Assembly (NCBI GenBank): GCA_964016885.1
Contig: OZ024751.1
Span: 2,852,001-2,916,000, forward strand
Length of the DNA: 64,000 nucleotides
From: Eledone cirrhosa
Lineage: Eukaryota
Direction: 5' to 3'
Positions 53,890-64,000 of this stretch are shown here, piece after piece. Under the pieces are notes generated by a model, which did not search any database, was not told the DNA's origin, and was given only the letters and a program-made list of their open reading frames with translations. Numbering within the stretch: the first letter of the stretch is position 1; each line of letters begins with the position of its first letter. Position numbers and translations under genes: made by a program.

Positions 53890-56830
53890 AATGTTAACAT
53901 CCCTGGACGCGCTCATCACTAAGATCAAGAATGACCCACACCTCTTCGTTATCTCTGACAAAACTAAGAAGCTGTATAAGATGGACGTGAATAAGTACAA
54001 AAAATTCATTTATAACAAATTACACAACAATTATTAACACACATTAGTACCTTAAACGACATTAATAGAGTAGGGAAAGATATAGTGACTAGCTTAGACA
54101 TAGATAAGTACACTAACCCATATGTTCCTATGATACCTAAATTCTCTCTTAAGAATCACAAATGTAACTTTAATGAAAGCCCCTCTATTAGATTAATATG
54201 TCCCTCTACATCAGATATAGGTAAGATTAGTAAAGTGATCCTCGATAGAGTAATACTTGAACTTAATAGCAAAGCTATTAAGTTCAAGTATTGAACTTAA
54301 TAGCTTTGCTATTAAGGTCTGTCTCTGGAGCAACACCGACCAGGTCATTAATTGGTTCACCGAGTTGCCTGATAAGACAACACTAAAGTTCATCCAGATT
54401 GACATAGACAACTACTATGCCTCTATCCCCCCCATACTCTTAAACAAGGCCCTTATTCTAGCTAGATCTAACACTAGCCTCACTAAAAAAGAGATAGATA
54501 TAGTACTAGCAGCACGCAGAACTATTATCCATTTTGAGGGTTCCCATTGGACCAGAACCAACCGTCCTGATAACTTCGATATCACGATGGGGTCCAGCGA
54601 CTCGGCGCAAGCGACCGACCTGGTGGAATATACCTGCTCCATAGACTTAGGGACGAGATCCCGGTCCTACAAGGAGGTGCATATAGGGACGACGCCTTAT
54701 TTACCGTTAGAAAACCATAGCCCCCGCAGGATTGCGACCTTAACAAGCGCATACACAGGTTCTTCAAGTCATACGGCCTATCCGTAACTATAGATCTCAA
54801 CCACCAGATAGTCAACTTCCTGGACGTGATCCTGGAGTTGGGTACGGGCCTGTACAAGCCATACCGGCGAGATTCTATCATCCAACCACCCTAAGTCTAC
54901 TCTCAACTCCATAGTATATAGCATATCCCATAGGATCTCGAGGCTTTCTACCAACGAGGATATTTTCAACCAAGCGGCCGACTACTACAATAAAGCCTTG
55001 GTAGATGCCGGATATAACCGAATAATCTCCTACCCCCTTAACGCTAACTCTAGAAACCACCTCTTCATAGGACTAATGTTATAGTAAGCCATACCTATAA
55101 CCGAATACGCAGCGGTCATGATAGAGTCAACAACTATAGTAAAGAGAATCGCACTAAGAAACACGGCCGTAGCGTTAACTACATTGGTGGAGGTGTAGAA
55201 GACCTACCGCATAATAAGGGTCATGATAGGGACAACGGTAGCTGCTGTAGCCTACAAGAAGTATTCCCTACCTATAAGATTAACAATAGTGATGGCCTAT
55301 TACGTACACCCTCCAACCGGCGTTTAGCTACACACAAACATAACGGAAGGAAGGCACTTGCACCCGAGCATAAAGCGAAGGGGACCCGCAGTAGGCTCCA
55401 GCACAGCAGCAATAATAAGAACGGTTACCTAGCCAACACGACCCGTAGTAAGCCCACAGCTACGCATAACCGCCAACGTAATGTCCTATGGTTCCATCCT
55501 CCCTACTCTTGGAGTGTGGCCTCTGACTTACCCAGGATATTTTTCGCAGCCTTAGAGAAGAACTTCCCACCCGACCTCAATAAGAACAATATTAAAATAT
55601 CCTTCTCCTCTACACCTAATCTAGCAGACATTATAGGGATAACTAATTACAGTAAGCTCACCAAAGAACGGCACCATAGCAGCGATAAGTCTAGACTTGA
55701 CAGCAACCCTAATAGCCTTAACATTACCCTAGCAGCACCCGACAGTGTTTGCGGCAGCTCCAACAGACACAACCGACATAACCGCGGCGAAACTGAGGTC
55801 CATGCTGGTGACGAGGCGGGAACAGAAGGCGCTGTGGCGTGCGGATGATAATAGTACTACCCCGCACGCAATAGGATATAATAGTACTAACTACAGAGAT
55901 AGTGGCGGTGGCGTGGATAATAACATAGGTAGCGATAGTAATGGCCTTATTTCGGGCACTAGGAACCACCGTAGCGGCAGCGACCGCGACCGACAATGCA
56001 ACTGTCGAGATCAGGGAAGCTGTCCGCTCAGGGGAAGTTGCCTGACAGATAATGTTATTTATAGGTGCACCATAACTAGCCATAATCGCGTCAAGCATTA
56101 TATAGGGGCCACCTCTGGCTCGTTCAAACTAGATTTCGAACACATCTCCACTCTTTTAAAAACAAGAAGCTAAGATACTCCACATCACTCACCAATTACA
56201 TCACAACATTAAAAGTCTCCAACATTAGCTTCTCCACATACTGGGAAATTGTCAGCAGAGCAACACCGTACAGCTTCAAGAGGATGTGCGAGCTCTGCTT
56301 CATGGAACTTTACCATATCATAAGAGCACCCCTAGGGCTCACCAACAGCAGAGCAGAATCTGTGATAAACTGCAGACACAGAATACAGCAGTCATTCCAT
56401 AGTTGGACCCCGGTTGAGAACTGAACACCATAAACTGGGCCCCCCCTGCACCAAACCATAACGCGCCGGTGGGTAGGCTGCTTAACTAAACATCTGTACA
56501 CCAACTATGCCTCTCAGATCCGGCCTGACTGGGCAATAGTAAAGTAGCACCCATAAAATAGTAATGGAAAACAACCATCATGCGAACGCATAATAAGCCA
56601 TTTGGGGACATTTATTCAAACACCGGCCAGAGTTACTCCCCTTGCTCGGTGACAATAACAACATGTTTGTTTGAATCAAAAATGAACTTTGATGTGCCTA
56701 TCACTTTAAAACCCCTTCTGAGTTCTGTACTGAACACTCTCTAGACTAGTATGCCCTTGAAAAGCCCTGTTCGGGCGAAACGTACGTAGGTGCTTTTGCA
56801 TAAACATGTTCTAACAGTATGTATTCTCCT
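53890..56830 (+). mobile_element. Decayed PLE (RT + GIY-YIG) with 3' HHR, ending at (TA)n
   Basis: SDKT, RLICP, IDIDNYYASI, FDITMGSSDSAQ, YRDD (other frame), VNFLDV, CNCRDQGSCPLRGSCL..VIY..HYIGAT, CELC. Confidence 0.85.
56752..56792 (+). ncRNA. Variant-core hammerhead (CUUGAAAA) at PLE 3' end
   Basis: TGCC-CTTGAAAA-GCCC/TGTTC/GGGC-GAAA-CGTACG-TA-GGTG. Confidence 0.65.
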
Positions 56831-56908
56831 TTGTAATCCTTTCATTTATATATATATATATATATATAAATTAGAATTGGAACTCTGAAATAGCAATATA
56901 TATATGGA

Positions 56909-57350
56909 TGTATATATAATGTATTTTGCAATACACTTTATGCTTAATTAAAAGCATTTGGAAGACCGTAAGCTATTGTTTTAAAGTAGTGACAAATTCA
57001 CTTACTTTGATCTCAGCAAACAGGGGGAGATAAGCCGACAAGGCCCCTGTTTCGCTTTGGTTGAAGCTTATCAAGGCTAACTACCCTTCCTGTCTACCGA
57101 GATCAACCGATCTGCATAATCAGCTCCTGATTATTTACTAGATTTCTATAAGAATATAACATCAGTGATCTCGGTAGACAGGAGGAGTAGTTAGCCTTGA
57201 TAAGCTTCAACCAAAGCGAAACAGGGCCTCGTCGGCTTATCTCCCCTGTTTGCTGAGATCAAAGTAAGTGAATTTGTCACTACTTTAAAACAATAGCTTA
57301 CGGTCTTCAAAATGCTTTTAATTAAGCATAAAGTGTATTGCAAAATACAT

Positions 57351-57360
<10 letters not shown>
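56909..57360. repeat. Head-to-head palindrome with two variant-core HHRs (- ~57033-57079; + ~57192-57238)
   Basis: AGC-CTTGATAA-GCTT..AAGC-GAAA-CAGG..CTTG-TC-GGCT; downstream AAGTAAGT donor-like site; arms 56909-57105 / 57166-57360. Confidence 0.78.
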
Positions 57361-57405
<45 letters not shown>

Positions 57406-57714
57406 GAAAATTAGAGTTAATGACTCCAATTGAAACCCTGTAATTATTAAGCTCCAAGTATAAAATACTGAGCCGTATAATAATAATATATATGCAGTAA
57501 GAAACACAGTAAACCGTGTGTCTAATATTACAAGGGTTGAAAAACCCCATTTGTTTGAAATATTTAACCAAGAAGCAGACAGAATATATATATATATATA
57601 TAATGTAGGAGGTGAGTTTTATTGTAGTACAATAAAGCAATGCAGATATCGGATAAGAAGCACTCTACAGTTTGTAGGACTGGAGTATACATAATATTAT
57701 ACATAATATTATAC

Positions 57715-57772
<58 letters not shown>

Positions 57773-57877
57773 ATATATAAGAAATAGGATTTCGCTTCAA
57801 GCATGGCTTTATACAATATGTATAAATATTTCGTATCTCAAAAGAGATACAGTTTTAGGAAGCCGTATCTATGCAAA

Positions 57878-57912
<35 letters not shown>

Positions 57913-57992
57913 GGGGGGGGGGGGGGTGGGGGGGGGGGGGGGGGGGGGGGCTAACGCCCTCTGGTGATGTCCAGCAGAAGCAAGGGGGACAA

Positions 57993-58033
57993 CCGTCTAT
58001 GCATTTCAGGCTTAACTGTCCTTCGTCAGGACG
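57993..58033 (-). ncRNA. Type I hammerhead ribozyme (family of 26477)
   Basis: CGTC-CTGACGA-AGG..CCT-GAAA-TGCA-TA-GACGG. Confidence 0.82.
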
Positions 58034-58624
58034 CTCCCTCCCACCGCTTGCGACTGCTGGACTAGAAGACAGTCCATATATATATACGAAGGAAGTGTGG
58101 TAAAGAACCAGGTGGACCATAACACACCAGAGTACTTGACACTAGAAGTGGGTAATAAGAAAAGAGTCAGGACCCCGACGGCTGAGCTCCGGCCGTTTGG
58201 ACAGCTAGATCCGAACTAAACCGGTAGTGTTAGGACGGAAGTGTCCTAGCTGAACTTATCGAGGGGTACAGTCCATATATGGGCATGCAATTAAAACAAA
58301 GCAGTAGTATCATATCAAACAATCCTAAAAATTGTTGTTTTTCTTTTCTGTCACCGGGAGTGGTCACAGATTTTGAGATGTCATATACATAGTTAAATTC
58401 CTCCATAGCGGCGGGATAGGGGTGTCTGAACTTGCCTGTAGAAAAAGGGGGAGGGAGTAAGATGACATTCTGACCTATCTCTAAAGGGGGGAAGAACCTA
58501 TGAGAACCGAGGAATGTTGTAGAGTGAATATGAGTCTGCCAGGTCTAACATTAAGGACCAAAGCAAATATAATTTAATACTAAATTCCTAATTAATAAAA
58601 TTTATTTATTAGTTACTCTAACAT

Positions 58625-61600
58625 CGTGGTGGTGGTGATCTCATTGCTGGTATATATATTGTGGTGGTGGTGTTGGGGTCACTGGTGGTATATGGTAGTG
58701 GTGTCACTGGTGGTATATCGTGGTGGGTGTGGTGTCATTGGTAATATATCGTAGTGTTGGTGTTGGGGTCGCTGGTGGTATATATATATGGTGGTGGTGC
58801 CGCAGGTGATATATGGTAGTGGTGTTGTCAGTGGTGCTATTTGGCAGTGGTGCTGGGGTCACAGGTGGTATTTGGTGGTGGTAGTGGTGTCACTGGTGGT
58901 ATTTGGTGGTGGTGGTGGTGGTGGTGTCGCTGGTGGTATTTGGTGGTGGTGGTGGTGGTAGTGGTGTGGTGGTGGTGGTGTCACTGGTGATATTTGGTAG
59001 TGGCGGTGGTGGTGGTAGTGATGGTGGTGGTGGTGGTGTCACTGGTGGTATAATCTGCTAGTGGTGGTGGTGTCACTGCTGGTATATTGTGGTAGTCGTG
59101 GTGGTGGCGGTATCACTGGTGGTATTTGGTGGTGGTGGTGGTGGTGGAGGTGTCACTAGTGGTATATTGTGGTAGTGGTGGTGGTGGTGTCACTGGTAGG
59201 ATTTGGTGTTGGTGGTGGTGTTGGTGGTGCCACTGGTAGTATATGTGGTAGTGGGGGTCACCGGTCGTATTTGGTGGTGGTCGTGGTGGTAGTAATGGTG
59301 GTGTCACTGGTGGGATATTGTGGTAGTGGTTGTGGTGTCACTGGTGGTATTTGGTGGTGGTGGTGGTAGAGGTGGTGTCACTGGTGGTGTAACTGGTGGT
59401 ATTTGGTGGTGGTGGTGGTGGTGGTGGTGGTAGTGGTGGTAGTGGTGGTGGTGGGGTCGCTGGTGGTATTTGGTGAAGGTGGTGGTTGTGTCACTGGTGG
59501 TATATTGTGGTAGTGGTGGTGGTCGTGTCACTGGCGGTATATTGTGGTAGTGGTGATGGTGGAGTCACTGGTTGTATTTGGTAGAAGTTGTGTCACTGGT
59601 GGTATGTGGTAGTGGTGGTGTTGGTGTCACTGGTGATATTTGGTGGTGGTAGTGGTGGTGGTGTCACTGGTGGTATTTGGTAGTGGTGGTGGTGGTGGTG
59701 GTGGTGTCACTGGTGGTATATTGTGGTAGTAGTGGTGGTGGTGGTGTCACTGGTGGTATTTGGTGATAGTGGTCGTGGTAGTGTCACTGGTGGTATATCG
59801 TGGTAGTGGTGGTGGTGGTGGCAGTGTCACTGGTGGTATTTGGTAGTAGTGATGGTGGTGGTGGTGGTGTCACTGGTGGTATATTGTGGTAGTAGTTGTG
59901 TTGGTGTCACGGTGGTATTTGGTGGTGGTGGTGGTGGTGGTGTCACTGGTGGTATATTGTGGTAGTAGTGGTAGTGGTATTTGGTGGTGGTGTCACTGGT
60001 GGTATATGCGGTAGTGGTGGTGGTGGAGTCACTGGTGGTATATTGTGGTAGTGGTGGTGTCACTGGTGGTATATTATGATAGTGGTGGTGGCGTGTAACT
60101 GGTGGTATATGGTGGTGGTGGTGGTGGTGGTGTCACTGGTGGTATATTGTGGTAGTGATGGTGGCGGTGTCACTGGTGCTATTTGGTGCTGGTTGTGGGG
60201 GTGTCACTAGTGGTATATTGTGGTAGTGGTGGTGGTGGTGGGGGTGTCACTGGTGGTATATTGTGGTAGTGGCGGTGGTGGTGTCACTGGTGGTATTTGG
60301 TGGTGGTGGTGGTGGTGGTGTCACTGCTGGTATATTGTAGTAGTGGTGGTGGTTGTGGTGGTGTCACTGGTGGTATTTGGTGGTGGTGGTGCTGGTGGTG
60401 GTGGTGGTGTAGCCGGTGGGATATTGTGGTGGTTGTGGTGTCACAGGTGGTATATTGTGGTAGTGGTGGTGGTGGTGGTGGTGGTGGTGGTCATGGTGTC
60501 ACTGGTGGTATATTATGGTAGTGGTGGTATTTGGTGGTGGTGTCACTGGTGGTATATTGTGGTAGTGGTGGTGGTGGTGTAACTGGTGGTATTTGGTGGT
60601 GGTGGTAGTGGTGTCACTGGTGGTATATTCTGGTAGTGGAGGTGGTGGTGGTGGTGTCATTGGTGGTATATTGTGGTGGTGGTCGTCGTGGTGTCACTGG
60701 TGGTATATTGTGGTAGTGGTGGTGGTGTCACTGGTGGTATATCGTGGTAGTGGTGGTGCTGGTGGTCGTGGTGTCACTGGTGATATATTGTGGTAGTGGT
60801 GGTGGTGGTATTTGGTGGTGGTGGTGTTTTGGTGGTGGAGGTGTCACTGGTGGTATATTGTGGTAGTGGTGTTGGTGTTGTCACTGGTGGGATATTGTTG
60901 AAGTGGTGGAGGTGGTGGTGTCACTGGTGGTATATTGTGGTAGTGTTGGTGGTGGTGTCACTGGTGGTATATTGTGGTAGTGGTGGTGTCACTGGTCGTA
61001 TATTGTGGTAGTGGTTGTGGTGGTGTCACTGGTGGTATTTGGTGGTGGTGGCGGCGGTCTCAATGTTGGTATATTATGGTAGTGGTAGTGGTCGTAGTGC
61101 TGGTGGTGCCACTGGTGGTATGTTGTGGTAGTGGTGGTGGTGGTGGAGTCACTGGCGCTATATTGTTGTAGTGGTGGTTGTGGTATCACTGGTAGTATAT
61201 TGTGGATGTGGTGGTGGTGGTCTCACTGGTGGTATATTGTGGTAGTGGTGATGGTGGTGGTGTCACTGGTGGTGGTGCCACTGGTGGTATATTGTGGTGG
61301 TATTTGGTGGTGGTGGTGGTGGTGTCACTGGTGGTATATTGTGGTGGTGGTGGTGGTGGTGTCACTGATGGTATATTGTGGTAGTGGTGGTGGTGTCACT
61401 GATAGGATATTGTGGTAGTGGTGGTGGTGTCACTGGTGGTATATTGTGGTAGTGGTGGTGGTGTCACTGGTGGTATATTGTGGTAGTGGTGGTGGTGGTG
61501 GTGTCACTGGTCGTATATGGCGGTAGTGGTGGTGGTGGTGTCACTGGTGGTATAATTTGTTTGTGGTGGTGGTCTCATTGTTGGTATATTGTGGTACTGG

Positions 61601-64000
61601 TAGTGGTGGTAGTGGTGGTGGTGTCACTGGTAGTATATTGTGGAAGCGGTGGTGGTGGTGGTGTCACTGGTGGTATATTGTTGTAGTGGTGGTGGTGGTG
61701 TCACTGGTGGTATATGGTGGTAGTGGTGGTGTCACTGGTGGTATATTGATGTAGTGGTGGTGGTAGTGTCACTGGTGGTATATTGTGGTAGTGATGGTGG
61801 TGGTGTCACTGGTGGTATTTGGTGGTGGTGGTTGTGTCACTGGTGGTATAATTTGGTAGTGGTGGTGGTGGTCTCACTGTTGGTATATTATGTGGTACTG
61901 GTAGTGGTGGTAGTGGTGGTGGTGTCACTGGTGGTATATTGTGGAAGTGGTGGTGATGGTGTCACTGGTGGTGTCACTGGTGGTAGTGGTGGTGGTGGTG
62001 TCACTGGTGGTATATTGTGGTAGTGGTTGTGGTGGTGGTGTCACTGGTGGTATATTCTGGAAGTGGTGGTGTCACTGGTGGTATGATATGATAGTGGGGG
62101 TGGTGGTGGTGTCACTGGTGGTATATTGTGGTAGTGGAGCTGACGGTGTTGTCACTGGTGGTGGTGTCACTGGTGGTATATTGTGGTTGTATTTGGTGCT
62201 AGCGGTGGTGGTGTCACTGGTGGTATATTGTGGTGGTGGTGGTGGTGTCACTGGTGGTGTATTGAGGTGGTGGTGGTGGTGGTTGTGGTGTCACTGGTGG
62301 TATATTGTGGTAGTGGTGATCGTGATGTCACTTTTGGTATATTGTGGTAGTGGTGGTTGTGGTGGTGTCACTGTTGTTATATTGTGGTGGCGGTGGTGGT
62401 GATGGTATTACTGGTGGTATTGAGCGGTGGTGGTCTAGGTGTCACTCGTGGTATTTGGTAGTGGTGGTGGTGGTGTCACTGTTGGTATATCGTGGTGGTG
62501 TCACTGGTGGAATATTGTGGAAGTGGTGGTGGTGTTGCTGGTCGTATATTGTTGTAGTGGTGGTGGTGGTGTCACTGGTGGTATATGGTGGTAGTGGTGG
62601 TGGTGGTATCACTGGTGATATGTTGTGGTAGTGGTGGCGGTGGTGGTGTCACTGTGGTATATTGTGGTAGTGGTGGTGGTGGTGTCACTGGTGCTATATT
62701 GTGGTAGTGGTGATGGTGGTGGTGTCACTGGTGGTATATTCTGGTAGTGGTGGTGTCACTGGTGGTATGATGTGGTAGTGGTCGTGGTGTCACTGGTGGT
62801 ATATTGTGGTAGAGGTGGTGGTGTCAATGTTGGTATATTGTGGCGGTGGTGGTGGTGGTGGTGTCACTGGTGGTTTATTGTGGTAGTGGTGGTGGTGTAG
62901 TCATTGGTGGTATATTGTGGTAGTGGTGGTGTCACTAGTGTATATTGTGGTAGTGGAGGTTGTGTTGGTGGTGGTGGTGTCACTGTTGGTATATTGTGGT
63001 ACTGGAGGTTGTGGTGTCACTGGTGGTATATTTTGGTAGTGAACGTCGTTTTGTCAATAGTCGTATATTGTGGTACTGGTGGTGGTTTTGTCACTGGTGG
63101 TATATTGTGGCAGTGGTGGTGGTGTCACTGTTGGTATATTGTGGTAGTTATGGTGGTGGTGTCACTGTTTGTATATTGTGGTAGTTATGGTGGTGGTGTC
63201 TCTTGTGGTATATTGTAGTGGTTGTGGTGTCACTGGTGATATTTGGTGGTGGTGATGGTGGTGGTGGTGGTGTCACTGGTGGTTTATTGTGGTAGTGTTG
63301 GTGTCATTGGTGGTATTTGCTGGTAGTGGTTGTGGTGATGGTGTCACAGGTGGTATATTGTGGTGGTGATGTCACTGGTGGTATATTGTTGTGGTGTTAC
63401 TGGTGGTATTTGGTGGTGGTGGTAGTGGTGATGGTGGTGGTGTCACTGGTGGTATATTCTGGAAGTGGTGGTGTCACTGGTGGTATGATGTGATAGTGGG
63501 GGTGGTGGTGGTGTCACTGGTGGTATATTGTGGTAGTGGAGCTGACGGTGTTGTCACGGGTGGTGGTGTCACTGGTGGTATATTGTGGTGGTGGTGGTGG
63601 TGTCACTGGTGGTGTATTGAGGTGGTGGTGGTGGTGGTTGTGGTGTCACTGGTGGTATATTGTGGTAGTGGTGGTGATATATTGTGGTCGTGGTGGTGGT
63701 AATGTCACTGGTGGTATATTGTGGTAGTGGTGATCGTGATGTCACTTTTGGTATATTGTGGTAGTGGTGGTGGTGGTGGTGTCACTGTTGTTATATTGTG
63801 GTGGCGGTGGTGGTGATGGTATTACTGGTGGTATTGAGTGGTGGTTGTCTAGGTGTCACTCGTGGTATTTGGTAGTGGTGGTGGTGGTGTCACTGTTGGT
63901 ATATCGTGGTGGTGTCACTGGTGATATCTGGTGGTGGTGGTGGTGGTGGTGTCACTGGTGGTATATTGTGGTGCTGGAGGTGGTTGTGTCACAGGTGGTA
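58625..64000. repeat. Complex GGT-rich satellite (GTCACTGGTGGTATATTGTGGTAGT(GGT)n), runs off window
   Basis: Variable ~25-45-bp units; higher-order duplication ~62030-62510 vs ~63440-63920. Confidence 0.92.

Noticed and set aside
59113-63727. Gly/Val/Trp/Cys-rich ORFs resembling structural proteins
   Set aside because: Unit lengths do not preserve frame and stops are frequent; satellite translation

Overview
Eukaryotic, AT-rich, microsatellite-dense DNA made almost entirely of transposable elements. The SINE family and repeat landscape suggest a cephalopod such as Octopus (inference). No host protein-coding gene could be supported. Main elements: an apparently intact Penelope-like element (PLE; 1218-aa RT + C-terminal GIY-YIG ORF between 536-bp direct pseudo-LTRs), two decayed head-to-head PLEs, a full-length Gypsy/Ty3 element with TSD and -1 frameshift signal, Tx1/L1-like LINEs, RTE and CRE-like (RLE) LINE fragments, a non-autonomous Helitron, about ten copies of one tRNA-derived SINE, a ~533-bp tandem array that looks derived from hAT transposase coding sequence, and a >5-kb GGT-rich satellite. 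The signal the ORF track misses is a dense set of type I hammerhead ribozymes (HHRs), more than a dozen intact or degenerate copies from many unrelated families. They include minimal palindromic-stem-III forms, a full-stem-III GUC form, a long-stem-II form and CUUGANAA-like core variants. Five loci are head-to-head palindromes with a ribozyme (or its 3' half) on each strand, mostly flanked by (TA)n. All structures were read by eye; none was computed.
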